Shown here: positions 25,201-38,010 of the stretch, in pieces | How positions within the stretch are numbered: the stretch's first letter is position 1 | How the letters are laid out: every line of letters begins with the position of its first letter | Assembly: GCF_022045235.1 (NCBI RefSeq) | Contig: NW_027266308.1 | Coordinates: 22,878,001 to 22,942,000, forward strand | Direction: 5' to 3' | Length of the DNA: 64,000 nt | Source of the DNA: Haliotis cracherodii | Taxonomy: Eukaryota | Translations under genes and position numbers: made by a program | Notes under the pieces: generated by a model | The model's input: only the letters and a program-made list of their open reading frames with translations | Databases searched by the model: none | What the model was told of the DNA's origin: nothing

Positions 25201-25332
25201 TAGTCTCCCTACGTAGACTTCAAACATCAGATGGTACATACGCACATCCCTGAACTAAACACTCCAGTCATGTCACCTTGTAACTTCCTCGCCTTCTGTA
25301 GTTTTACCAAATGAATCCTTCGTGATCGGCAT
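16265..25332 (-). CDS. GALM: Galactose mutarotase / aldose 1-epimerase, paralog A (intron-7 donor mutated; possibly altered C-terminus or incipient pseudogene)
   Basis: Exons: 25277-25332, 22308-22438, 20934-21085, 20176-20385, 18782-18863, 18248-18392, 17732-17903, 16265-16345. Total 1029 nt with consistent phases. Motifs [36 protein letters not shown]. All junctions are GT-AG except the exon-7 donor, which reads CAG|ATGGGT. Confidence 0.9.
16540..17759 (-). repeat. 33-bp exon-end/splice-donor minisatellite (GALM-A intron 7)
   Basis: Tandem CAGCACTACCCTGACAGCATCAATCAGGTGGGT with shortened variants, continuous with the end of exon 7. Confidence 0.95.
21338..21686 (+). mobile_element. tRNA-derived SINE family A
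   Basis: Full-length homolog; flanking cgtaaaca repeat. Confidence 0.88.
22483..22990. repeat. 9-bp tandem repeat (CCAAGCAGA / CCAAGAAGG)n in GALM-A intron 1
   Basis: Direct 9-nt periodicity immediately upstream of the exon-2 acceptor. Confidence 0.93.
23215..24130 (+). mobile_element. Tc1/mariner transposon remnant in GALM-A intron 1
   Basis: Frameshifted transposase: ISDHTVRNRLRAAGLRARRP, RLQWCRQH..W..V.SSDESRF, CVQEVDRFSGGSFMMWAAIS, PSKSPNLNPIEHLWD. TA-flanked TIR-like start tatactcttaaaaaaaaagaaacgca. Confidence 0.9.
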
Positions 25333-25670
25333 GGTTGATGTTGTGAGACAGACTGACACACGCACTGGTCAGTTGTGGAGGACGTGAGGCAGTTATCTGC
25401 CCTTGTGACAGTAGGGCTCATCTCAAAGCATTTTCGTCATATATAATGACAGGCTGTTCCTACCTGACGAATAACTTTCAGTATCGAGCGTTATATAGCC
25501 GTTTTATAGCAGGAATATTGCTGAGTGTGGCACGTATAACAACAAACAAACAAAACAAACAAACAGAACCTACTAAAGCCGACTCAGTGACCCACTTTAT
25601 CATCAGGTCCCACAGGTGAACGTTTTTGTGTCATCTATACAAGTGCCATATTGATCATTCAATCTATACA

Positions 25671-26177
25671 CATCTTTCCGAGGCAAGGGCGTTAACTGAT
25701 TATAAAAGTCCTGTTTCCACCCTCGAATTTGGCTAGAATTTTACTCTATCGCAGCGACATCGGTGGCTAGTGTCCCTTGTTTGTCCCTCCTATTGACCAA
25801 TCAGATTCCATATCTCACTTGCATTTTCTTTAAACAAAATGGCGACGCACAGTGAAGACGATCTGATCGTTAACCAAGATCTATATTGTAATAAAACAGG
25901 TCTTACCCCGCGGAGTGCATCAAATCATTTGAATACCTTCATTAAAAACATGACAAGATTTGCGAAATCTGTCGACGCCCAGTTTGCGGAACACATGCTT
26001 TGCAAATCCTGCAGTCGACCGCAATCTGCATGTCTAGTTCGTTACGCGATATTGATTGGACTATGCATTGGACTCGTTTGTCCAGCCAAAATGTAAAGCT
26101 CCGGAATTCCAGCCTAGTTCGGCAAGGGTGGAAACTGGACTTTTACAGTCAGTTAACTCCCTTGCCTCGGGAAGATC
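25671..26177 (+). mobile_element. Mutator-type MITE (long TIRs, 9-bp TSD ATCTATACA)
   Basis: TIR catcttyccgaggcaaggg.gttaactg / cagttaactcccttgcctcgggaagat; TSD at 25662-25670 and 26178-26186. Confidence 0.88.
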
Positions 26178-26870
26178 ATCTATACATGACATGTCTGAGC
26201 ACGTTCAATGGTTGAACACCTAAGTTGGTGAACTCCCACCTCTCTCCTGTTTCAAAGATATATTAACCAGTTCCTTTTGGTCGTCTGCAGTGTTTACATG
26301 AATTTCAGTTGTCAGTATGTAAGACTAATCCTCTGTACTCAGGGTATTGCCAGAACACATCTGACATCGGTACAGGCATTGAGAAGAAGGCAACGGGCAC
26401 CAAGAAGTTAAGAGAGTTACGAGCTCCATGTCGCAAGGAAGGTTCAAACCTTCACTTCGTTATAGCAACAGTTTGAAACCAGGCCGCTGTAAACAACTAT
26501 GAAGGTTAAGTCAGGAAAAAGCACCGAGAAAGGCAGTTTTCAGAAGATCACTTCCCGACAGCTAGGCTCTCTCCTGGCAACATACCGATAGGTAAAATAA
26601 GAAATTGGGCACACTTCTGGCCATAAACACATTCCAGCAGCATGTAAAAAACAAACCAAACACCAAGACAATTCAAAGTGTAATTATAAGAAAAACGCTT
26701 CAGTTGGAACTACAAAGTGTTCTTAACATTTATAACAACCAGTTGAATTAGGCCTCAGGTAAAAAAGACCAACGCACACCGTATTATTCAATTATGCTAC
26801 ACTCAAGTATAAAATAGCGGTGTGTGAAGACTGAATGTGACACGGCTTGGAGGACTCTAGTTTCCTCTCC

Positions 26871-29800
26871 TCAGTTGCTGACACCAAAAGTATACGATGT
26901 CGTCTGCCGGTATATCTCCCCGGGACGTAGAACGCTGTTGGGGAAGCTTGGCTAAAACAGTGGGACACGTGATGGTGTTAATGTGTGTTTTATATGAGCA
27001 CATATATCACGAGTTTAAAAAATAATCACACGACACGAATTGTTCTATACTGAAGATAAAACTGAAACATGTGTTCGTATGGTGTGATTATTTTGTGAAT
27101 TTATCCATATACATGCATGTATATCCCCTGGTAATCCTGGATACCCAGGGTCATATCTGACCTACTACAATAATGTGCTTGAGACCCAAGAAACAATCTG
27201 GCCTACCCCTTGATAGTGCTGGAGATGCATATACTATCTCTCATGTCTGATTGATGCTGTCAGGGTAGTGCTGACCCACCTGACTGATGCTGTCGGGGTA
27301 GTGCTGACCCACCCGATTGGTGCTGTCAGGCTTGAGCTGACCTACCTGATTGACGATGTCAGGGTAGTTCTGACCCACCTGATTGACGATGTCAGAGTAG
27401 TGCTGACCCACCTGATTGACGATGTCAGGGTAGTTCTGACCCACCTGATTGACGATGTCAGAGTAGTGCTGTCCCACCTGATTGAAGCTGTCGGGGTAGT
27501 ACTGACCCACCTGATTGATGCAGTCAGGTGCTGACCCACCTGATTGATGCTGTCAGGGTAGTGCTGACCCACCTGTTTGATGCGGACAAGGTAGTGCTGA
27601 CCCACCTGATTGATGCTGTCAGGGTAGTGCTGAGCCTCCAGACAGAATCCACCAAATTGGGAGTAATTGGCCCCTTCTTTCCCTTTCAGATCTTTAATGA
27701 AGAAACCGGTGTAGAACTGAACTCCTGGCTCCGTGGTGTGGCACTCCATCCACCTCCCACTCGGCGGGTGCTCCACTCTGCAATCAGCCACCATCTTTGT
27801 ATATCAAAATGCTAGTTTCCAAAAAAAAGGAACAACAACAAACACTCGTTAACTCGAAGTCATTTGGACCATCTACTGTTTCAAGTTATCCAATTAGATC
27901 GAGCCACAATGAGTGCCAATAGTACATAGCCTGATACCTTGAGTTCACACTTTGTCACTGCATTATTTGGTTCAGTCACACTGTAATCTCATAAAAACGA
28001 TAAATGTATTTCAGAAATGTGTGTAACCTGTTTTACTTAAACCTAGAGATACGAGACAACAGATAACTACTGGGTTCACTGGTTTCTCCGATTATTTGAA
28101 GGGTGGTTTGGAAATGGTTGCTTCTTTGCCCTGCAGATACGGACGGGCGAATGGTAAAACACAATTATGCCTGATTCCGAAAAAGGCGATACCAACAGTA
28201 GATTGAACAGGCCTAACAGGTATATCTATCCACGCATTATCATTTCCTAATGGACGTTGCAAGGCTCATACATGATGTGGAAATATCCTGTTAACGTATT
28301 TACCCATTGGAGCAGAAATGGTAAGATTCCAAAGTCCCCACCTTGCTGCAAGACGCCTTTCACCAGACACGGACAGGTTGAAGTTGTGGTCAAATCCCTT
28401 TCCACCGGGCACCTGTCCAAGCCGGTCCCCAAGACGTACAGGGGACCTCAGATCCCATTCTGTTCCCTCCACTCTCCGGATCTCGCCTGGAAAATTCCAT
28501 AGAATACAGTAGGACGTGGTTATAAGTGGATCGTCAGATCATCAGAAAATCGTCTCTACCCATGTCAAACATTATATAACCACATCGTGGCCAATAGTTA
28601 CAGATTTACCTGTTGGAATCGCGTTGTCATCCACAGGTACGAAAGACTCTGCATTGAGTTGTACAACATGATCGTCAACTTTCCCTGAACCCTGACAAAT
28701 GAAAACATACAACATGACTGATACGTGTCCTCAGGATTATCACGAACGTAAAGAACGTAAGAGTGAGCTTGATTTTGCGCCGCTTTTAGCAATATTCCAG
28801 CAATATCGTGGCGGGGGACATCAGAAATGGGCTTCACACATTGTACCCATGTCTGGAATCGAACCCGGGTCTTCGGCGTGACGAGCGAACGCTTTAACCA
28901 CTATGCTACACGACCGTCCTAAGAACGTAAGAACACTCAGTGTAGCAAACATTAATACGTCAAATCTTCAACTGTTGATGTCTCCTAAAGCCTTAGCCGT
29001 GAACTTGCTATTGTCACGAAGAACCATGAATAAGCAAAGTACCGTTCGAGGAACGACTTGCAGGTTCATACCTGTGTGACATACCATTTCCAAACTCATT
29101 AGCAATACAACAACATTGACGTAAAAGGCAAAACCATGGTGAATAATATACGCAGGGATCAGCCAGGTGTTAGCGAATTAAGCCACACAATATCACTATA
29201 AGACCACAGTAGCCCCCGATATAATGTCATGCGTCACTGAGGACACGTCACAATGTGGTGGCACTGTTCGGTGCTCCAAGGACAAGGTTCACATTCGTGG
29301 TTACTCTTCGAATCCAGAAGCTACGAGATCCCCATAATCCCATCGGTGTCTGAAGTTTTTTCTTAGTACTTTGATATCAATATTCCAATCAACAAATATG
29401 TACTGGCATATTATTATTACAATGCAAACCGACATGTCCTGAAGAGTTGAAACAACCATAGCAACTCACATGTCCTCCCAGATTGAAGTAAGCGTGGTTG
29501 GTGAAGTTGACAGGTGTTGCCTTGGTCGATGTTGCCGTGTAGTCGATGATCAACTCATTCTCATCTGTCAGTTCGTATGTGACTGTCAGAGTTACCTCCC
29601 CTGGGTAGTTCTCCTCACCGTCAGGGCTGACATATTTCAGGCTCAGTCTGTTTCCATCAACCTTAGCCTCCCAGAATCTCTAGAAGTTTTGCAACATGAT
29701 GGATTAAACATATTGGCAGACCATAAGTAAGTAACATCTGCAAGTAACTACATTCTTCACAACGGGTTACTCAGACTACGATAATGAGGAAAATGGATAG

Positions 29801-31678
29801 TGACACATGTTACATTCGTTTACAACCTGACATGTTCTGCTATCTGTATTTAGGACACACGACTAGTGTTTCCTGTCAGCCAAGAGACATCTCCCCGAGG
29901 CAAGAGAGTTAACTGACTTTAAAAGTCCAGTTTCCACCCTTGGAACTAGGCTCGAATTCCTGGGCTCGATCGTAGCACCTCCAGTGGTCCTATGGACCAA
30001 TCCGATTCCATCACTTGCATTTGTTTCAAACAAAATGGCGTCGCCCGGTAAAAGACGATCTGATCGATCATCAAGGTCTATATTGGGATAAAACGGGTAC
30101 ATCGCGAGGTGCATCAAATCAAGCGAGGAAAGATGGCCTCGGGAAGATGGCCAAGAGACAAACAGTAGATTGAGACGTATTTCTTTCACCACATTTCCAA
30201 TTGAGAGATCGCATGGAGAGGGAATGCTGTTGAGTTCATCGTTGTGTAGCCAAAGAATCGGCCACCGTCACAGACCTACAACTGACCTTGTCAAATCCTC
30301 TCTTTCCCCCATGTAGACTGTTGGGTCCTTTGTTGACAGCCAGAGAATAGGAGGTGCCTTCGAGACTGAACTGTCCACCTGCGATCCTGTTAGCGACTCG
30401 ACCAATCAGAGCACCCATATATCTGCCCCCAGCATAGCCTTGTGTCATGTAAGAAATGAGGAACATGAGATGATCTAAGAATATGATGGGGATCTATTAA
30501 TGTGAAGGGTTTTTCATATTATCGATATACTTATATTGTAAAAGAGAATATATACATACAATGTAATTGTTATGTATGTAGTCATAGACAATCAAGTAAA
30601 ATATCCCCTATCCTCTGCCTACCTTCCATATCATCAAAGCCGAGGTTGACGTCCTCCATCTTGCCCTTTCTGTCCGGGACGATGATGTCAGTGATGATGC
30701 CGCCATAATCTAGGACTCTCACGATGACGTCGTTCTTGTTCTGGAACGTGTATCTAAAAAGACGTTTTTCTTTGCTAGTTACAGACGCCCATGAACGTTG
30801 AATACTGACATGTTCCTGTATGTCTGATACACTTCACCAGTACATCCAAGACAGGCGGGACAGTTAGGTGGCACCGAGGGAAGTGCCACTGGGCGCCATG
30901 CAGACCTAGTAGGGTTCAGATTGGTATACCCTGTGATCAAGGCAACAATTAAATAACAAAACCTGGGCGAGACACACCAGTGGTTGATAGCATGAACAAC
31001 GATTGTCATTGTTGACGGCTCCAATGTTTTTTCAGCGTGCTCACGGGATAACCCCAAGGAAGCCAAGTCTAGTGTTACAGGGGTATCAAACATCATGTCA
31101 CAACAATAGAACATTCTACGTGTGGCTTGTAGCAGTTGGTGAAATGAATATATTTTGCAATATATGGAAATGCATTCTCAGGTATGATGTTGACTAGAAA
31201 ATATGAAGCAGATCTGCAAATAATATGACCGAACTGTTTATCTAAGTAAGCACTCACTCACTGAAAAAAGACTACACGTTATCTACATGTCCAGGTTAAA
31301 AATGTACATGATGAACAACAATATGCTAATCCTGTATATATATAAGAACGATTGCATTCTTATTGTAAGCCTGTGTATGTTCCAGAACAACCATATGCAG
31401 GAATGACGGTCAATCCATTCCTTTACAGAAGCATTAGGGTTATATAGAAGATTCCTACAATTTGCATGACCATATGGGGGTGTCCTAGATTTTCTGACTT
31501 CATCAGCTGTGATAACACTGTCCCTGACCCATTTACACAAATATCACTGGACGCAGGACGATTGCCTTAAATGATCACACTTTTGCATGTACACGTCATT
31601 AACATTGACCATCTCATGTTACCTTGTAACCTCCTCGCCTTCTGCAGTTTTACCAAATGAATCCTTCGAGATCGGCAT
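26871..31678 (-). CDS. GALM: Galactose mutarotase / aldose 1-epimerase, paralog B
   Basis: Exons: 31623-31678, 30623-30753, 30287-30438, 29470-29679, 28610-28691, 28342-28486, 27606-27777, 26871-26951. All GT-AG, 1029 nt. Motifs [30 protein letters not shown]. Confidence 0.95.
27247..27633 (-). repeat. 33-bp exon-end/splice-donor minisatellite (GALM-B intron 7)
   Basis: Same unit, about 12 copies, with GACATCGTC variants. Confidence 0.95.
28763..28920 (-). mobile_element. SINE family B (TSD AAGAACGTAAGA)
   Basis: TSD at 28751-28762 and 28921-28932. Confidence 0.9.
29888..30149 (+). mobile_element. Mutator-type MITE, internally deleted (9-bp TSD GCCAAGAGA)
   Basis: Same family termini; TSD at 29879-29887 and 30150-30158; empty site in the paralogous GALM-A intron near 20600. 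Confidence 0.88.
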
Positions 31679-32589
31679 GGTTGAGACGTGAGACTGATAC
31701 ACGCCTTCGTCAGTTGTGGAGGACGTGTGGCAGTTATCTGTCCTTGTAACAATCGGGCTCATCTCAAAACATTGCTGTCGTATTTTAACGACTCGAAAAT
31801 GATAACCAGTACGTGTGTTTTAAAGTGTAAATTAGGGCATGAATATTGTGAAGAGTAGTTCTTCCGACACATTGTCTCACAGGTAAAAAACACTTCATTC
31901 TAGTCTTGGAATGGCATTTAGAAGTGATACAAATAAGAAAGAGAAATGAAGGTTTGTTTCACATGATGAAGGAGTTAGTATATACTCCAAAACGTAGTGT
32001 TCATGATAATAAATAAGTTGACATCCACAAATTCTCTTCCTTAACTATATGCTGCCAACCATTCAAGTGTGTATGCGTCTTGTTTACCCTTTGAGCGAAT
32101 GAGTGTATTTACCCCACACACAACAATACTCACTGGAACAGACACACACCGAGGTGAATTGTAGAGCATTGTTTTGCGCGTGTTGTTTAACGTCGCACTC
32201 TGTTTTCTTTCAAGTTATTTGACATCGAACTGTAAATAATCGAGTCTGAACCAAACAATCCAGTGATTGACATCATGTGCAATCGATTAATGCAAATGGC
32301 ATACGATGACATGCAATCAATAAGTCACCGAGTCTGACCAACAGATCCATTTGTAGAGGGTTTTTTTGTTGCTTTTTTTTTATTCAGTCCAGAGGGTACA
32401 GAGTAATCGTATTATAAGAACCATCAAATTACATGGTATACATCATGGAAAAAATATACAGGATGGAAGTTCATCTTTGATACATTGTAACAACTGTAAG
32501 ATATATCTAGTTTTGATAACCAAAAGGGTTTTTTTCAAATCAGCGTTATGTCCAACGTCAAATCAGAACATCAGAACATAGTGTGAGAG

Positions 32590-33990
32590 AACACCCTGCC
32601 ATTGAACCTAACCATACGCTTTAGTTTGGTCAGTATTCATTTGTAAGCCAGACATTCTATAGAACGTACTTAGTGTACGTACTACTTCATGTAGAGACGT
32701 TGCCGAACCAGCTAAAAATAGTTCGGTGTCATCTGCATATTGACCTATTACGTGCTCACTTTCTCCAAGCACTATACCTTATATATTTGTATTTTGTCTT
32801 ATCATTATCCCAAGTATATCTGCGACAAAGAGAAACAAATATGGATAAATCGGATCTCTTTGTCTATATCCTCTCTCGTTGCTGAAAAATGATGACAAGT
32901 GACCGTTTTGTATGACACAAGAAGTAGAATTTGAGATCAAGATCTTTACCCATGTTTGCATATAAGTTCCAAAACCAAATTTATCTAGAACCTTCATAAT
33001 GAAGCGTTTAGAAACTGTGTCAAAGGCTTTTTCAAAACCAATTGATATTAATAGGTCTTTCTTCTTTAATCTTTTTGTTTCGAATAGGAGTTGAATGATT
33101 ATTAGGTTTAATGATTCAATTTTATCTAAGACTCATTTTCTTGCATTAGGTTTATTCATATTTTTATAGTTTTGTAAGTCTATTGAAGGATCAAGGACAA
33201 AGTTCCAATCACGACATATTACTACAGGTGAGGTCAGGTGAAATTGGGTTTAACGTCGCGTCCAAGATTATTGCACTTATATAGCGACGTGCATGTACGT
33301 GTATGTGTTTGTGTGGCTGCTTGTACTAGTCCGGACTGATGCCGATTTATAGTGCTAGCTCACTGAGATACCATGCCACAGTTTAACATGAATACCCCAC
33401 TCAGACACAGTATACTGACTCCGATCCGACCAGTCCTCGTTTTAGCCCTTTAATGCCGAGCGCCAGACAGGGTAACAACAAGTACCATCTTTAAACGTCT
33501 TTTGGTATGACGCGGCCGGGGAACGAACCCCGGACCTTCCGCTCTCCGGGCGGACGCTCTACCACTAGACCACGAAGGCGGTATATTACTAAAGAGTCAT
33601 ATACCCATATAATCATTTTTTGCAAATAATGTTTTGTAAAATAAAGGGTGATCGGAGTTTGGACCATACACTGTGGTGAGCTTAAACTTTATACCGTCAA
33701 CCGTAATGTAAAAAATATTTTAATTACCATTATCGTCAATATAAGTCTTGTGTATCTTATATTCAAGGTTGCTACACGTCGTGCATTTGACTTGTACCGT
33801 GCAATAACACCATCAAGACCCCATTCATTTTTCATAAGAATTTCATTATCGGTGGAAATATGAACATTTTGCAAACAAATGATAGAGAATTTCCTTTTTC
33901 TATATAAATTCATGACTTCTTTTCGTTTTGTCTTTGCGGCTAGGCCTCTACAATTAGCGGAAACCATATGTATTTTATCATTTACTCCCA
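32590..33990 (-). mobile_element. L1/Tx1-like LINE fragments (APE endonuclease and RT), decayed, with a SINE insertion
   Basis: SANCRGL...FSIICLQ endonuclease start near 33960; FEKAFDTV..FIMKVLDKFGFG and NGHLSSFF..ERG.RQ.DP..PYLF near 32800-33040. Confidence 0.8.
33227..33582 (-). mobile_element. tRNA-derived SINE family A (TSD ATATTACTA)
   Basis: Full-length reverse-complement copy; TSD at 33216-33224 and 33583-33591. Confidence 0.9.
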
Positions 33991-34224
33991 TGTATTATCA
34001 ATCCATCTTTCTCTTGAAATAAAGTTATGTACCAACTGGAATGATTGTTTTGTTTTGCATAACGATAGAAGAGGATGAAAAGAATAAAAACAAAGAAATA
34101 TCCCTTATGCCATGAACTGTGGGTTTTGAGATAGAGAAGGCAACTACCTTCCCATGGATAGTCAGGATAGTCACAATAAATTACAACCACATGAGTACTT
34201 TTATGTTCTGTACTCTCAGAGAAA

Positions 34225-34985
34225 AAGCACAGATGTTTGCTGTGTGGGGACGATCACTGTCTTGCTCTAAAACGGCGCCTGGTGCTTGCACAGCTGGGAC
34301 AAAGAGAGGCCGTAAAAACTCCTCACGCCGACGCACACTTGCTGCGTTGCCATGAATTTTTAAACAATATCTGCTCTTCGCCCAAAAGAGTGAGTGCTGA
34401 CAAAGTTAGAAACATAATCGGGATTCGAACCCACAATCATAGGTTTCTGGCGTGCCTAAGGGACGCAAATCTGCACAGCGAATCGCGGTGCCTTAGACGA
34501 CTGGGCCACCCGTGCCCCCCTCGCCCAAAAGAGATGTCTTTCCAAATCCTTGACACTTCCTCCGCCGAATCTGTAGACTTCTTGTACGCAACATCCGGTA
34601 TAACACTCATTCCCTCGCCCATACCCACGGATCTGCCCGTGTCTCCCTTGAAGCAGAAAAACGGATTCGTCACTAAACCAAATGCTAGACCGACGTTGGG
34701 GAAGCTGAAGTTGATCACGTTGACGTGAAAGAGCACAAACGTCGGACCGTCTTTCTCGGATTCCGGCAGCTTGTAATCATTTACGGACTGTCTGTGCAAT
34801 TACGGATCGTTTAAGCGAGTGTACTGTGTCGAAGATGTAGGAACCAGATGTCCCGATCCTGGGCTGCCCACTTGATACTGGGTCTTCCTCATCTGATGCG
34901 ACCTCTAGTGGGCAATGTCACCGATATCGTACGCAAAGGCGGGAAATTGTACTCTGGGCAACGTTAAAATGCCTTACCTATTTCT
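34225..34985 (-). mobile_element. Tc1/mariner transposase remnant, interrupted by a SINE
   Basis: Degraded minus-strand translation contains HFNVAQSTISRL, IWFSDESVFLL, CVQEVYRFGGGSV and QDSDRPHTANI. Confidence 0.82.
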
Positions 34986-35009
34986 AGTAATATTAATATT
35001 ATTTGTATT

Positions 35010-36775
35010 ATTAGTGCCATTTGTAGAACTGAGGCATTGTCTCCGTGTAATTAGTGTCATGTGTAGAACGGAGGCATTGTCACCGTGTAATTAGTGCCAT
35101 GTGTAGAACTGAGACATTGTCTCCGTGTAATTACTGCCATATGTAGAACTGAGACATTGTCTCCATGTAATTAGTGCTATGTGTAGAACTGAGACATTGT
35201 CTCTGTGTAATTAGTGTCATGTTTAGAACGGAGGCATTGTCTCCGTGTAATTAGTGCCATGTGTAGAACTGAGACATTGTCTCCGTGTAATTACTGCCAT
35301 ATGTAGAACTGAGACATTGTCTCCGTGTAATTAGTGCCATGTGTAGAACTGAGACATTGTCTCTGTGTAATTAGTGCCATGTGTAGAACTGAGACATTGT
35401 CTCCGTGTAATAAGTGCCATGTGTAGAACCGAGGCATTGTCTCTGTGTAATTAGTGCCATGTGTAGAACTGAGACATTGTCTCCGTGTAATTAGTGCCAT
35501 GTGTAGAACTAAGGTATTGTCTCCGTGTAATTAGTGTCATGTGTAGAACGGAGGCATGGTCTCCGTGTAATTAGTGCCATGTGTAGAACTGAGACATTGT
35601 CTCCGTGTAATTACTGCCATATGTAGAACTGAGACATTGTCTCCGTGTAATTAGTGCCATGTGTAGAACTAAGGTATTGTCTCCGTGTAATTAGTGTCAT
35701 GTGTAGAACTGAGACATTGTCTCCGTGTAATTAGTGCCATGTGTAGAACTGAGACATTGTCTCTGTGTAATTAGTGTCATGTTTAGAACGGAGGCATTGT
35801 CTCCGTGTAATTAGTGCCATGTGTAGAACTGAGACATTGTCTCCGTGTAATTAGTGCCATTTGTAGAACTAAGGCATTGTCTCTGTGTAATTAGTGCCAT
35901 GTGTAGAACTGAGACATTGTCTCCGTGTAATAAGTGCCATGTGTAGAACTGAGACATTGTCTCCGTGTAATTAGTGCCATTTGTAGAACTAAGGTATTGT
36001 CTCCGTGTAAATAGTGCCATTTGTGGAACTGAGACGTTGTCTCTGTGTAATTAGTGCCATGTGTAGAACTGAGACGTTGTCTCCGGGTAACTAGTGCCAT
36101 TTGTAGAACTAAGGTATTGTCTCCGTGTAAATAGTGCCATTTGTGGAACTGAGACGTTGTCTCTGTGTAATTAGTGCCATGTGTAGAACTGAGACGTTGT
36201 CTCCGTGTAATTCGTGCCATTTGTAGAACTAAGGTATTGTCTCCGTGTAAATAGTGCCATTTGTGGAACTGAGACGTTGTCTCCGTGTAATTAGTGGAAT
36301 TTGTGGAACTGGGGCATTGTCTCTGTGTAATTCGTGCCATTTGTAGAACCGAGGCATTGTCTCTGTGTAATTAGCGCCATTTGTGGAACTGATGCATTGT
36401 CTCTGTGTAATTAGTGCCATTTGTAGAACTAAGGCATTGTCTCCGTGTAATTCGTGCCATTTGTAGAACTGAGGCATTGTCTCCATGTAATTATTGCCAT
36501 TTGTAGAATCGAGGCATTGTCTCTGTGTAATTAGCCCCATTTGTGGAACTGATGCATTGTCTCTGTGTAATTAGTGCCATTTGTAGAACTAAGGCATTGT
36601 TTCCTTGTAATAAGTGCCATTTGAAAAACTGAGGCATTATCTGTATGTAGCTAGTGCCATTTGTAGAACTGAAGCACTGTCTCTGTGTAATTAGTGCCAT
36701 GTGTGGACCTGAGGCATTAACTCTGTGTAATTAGTGCCATTTTTAGAACCGAGGCATTGTCTCTTTGTAATTAGG
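35010..36775. repeat. 40-bp minisatellite (TTAGTGCCATGTGTAGAACTGAGACATTGTCTCCGTGTAA)n, about 44 copies
   Basis: Strict 40-nt register maintained across about 1.76 kb. Confidence 0.97.
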
Positions 36776-37923
36776 AGAATCATACCTGTAGATTGACACA
36801 CATAATGACATATAAGTTGACAAGAAGTGTTTGAATGACTTATACTTTCTTGGATTTCTCTTGGGTTCATACGGATTCTGTCATTAAAATGACATGAAGA
36901 CTGACATTCAAGCAGCTGTGCTGTGACAAAAGCAGAGGCAACATGTTTTTCTTCTTCCTACAGTTTAATACATTGGTACTGTGTACACTAAACTGCTGTC
37001 ACATGTCTTGGATCTTTACACATTAGTGCCATCCTAGATAATCTCTCAATAAAACTTAGTTTTCTCTTGCAAAATAAAACAATTGCACTTAGTGCCAAGA
37101 ATACTTCAGAAACTTACTAATGAGAGGTATATACCTGTGAATATCTATTTAAAGTCATGGAACGCCTCATCTCATAAAACGGATCATCCACGCCAGAGAG
37201 GGTTACAACTTCCCTGAAGCCTTCTGCCCGTGTCTAGGACGAGTTCCAAAATTTCTCCATTATTATAACATTACATCTTTTTATCTTTACCCAGGCTGGT
37301 AAAGACTTTCAGTTCAGTCCTAAACCTGCAAGGACAAGGCAGTCGACCCTAACAGCTCTATGTATTTCGGTTTTTTTTCATTACCATTCACGCTGATTAA
37401 CTTGTATTGATTTATTAATTCATTATGAAGAGGGTCATTGTGCCTGTCAGACTGGGGTTGTCAACTATGCTGTATAGAGTTGCCTCCCTTGGCTGCCATG
37501 CTCTAGTGCCCCCCCCCCCCCCCCCCCCACAAGTCACAATATAAGACTGAGTGCAACATTCAGCAACTTTACAGCCATATCACAGCTCACTAAATTACTG
37601 AATATGGACCTGTCAAGCAAGTAGCTGGAAACATGAGCAATAATCTTCACAATCGGGAATACAATAAGTCAACACCCAGTGATCGAGTCAAACCACCCAA
37701 TGTGAGAGACATACTGTTCAAAGTGTTGTCAAAATCAATTCTCAATGATGCCATTCAATCAAACTCAGAATATACCAAAATAACCTCAGACATACAAAGA
37801 CTGAGGAGCAAGATATTGGCTTCAACAAAATATAATCCCTCAACTGTGCTAAATGCAAGCTAGTTCCAAGTGTTCCTTTATAACCATAAAATATTTGACA
37901 GCACCATGGAACAGGAATTGTAG

Positions 37924-38010
37924 CATCTTCTCAAGGCAAGGCAGTTAACTAGGTGTAAAAGTGGAAACGGGACACTTCTAGTCCGTTAACTCCCTTGCCT
38001 CAGGAAGATG
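37924..38010. mobile_element. Minimal (ends-only) copy of the same Mutator-type MITE
   Basis: catcttctcaaggcaaggcagttaac ... gttaactcccttgcctcaggaagatg; imperfect 9-bp flanks gaattgtag / gacttgcag. Confidence 0.7.

Noticed and set aside
34437-34799. 120-aa minus-strand ORF as a host gene
   Set aside because: It is an off-frame reading of a decayed Tc1 transposase that runs into a SINE.
35010-36775. Regular 40-bp repeats as a CRISPR array
   Set aside because: Units are contiguous with no unique spacers, there are no cas genes, and the context is eukaryotic.
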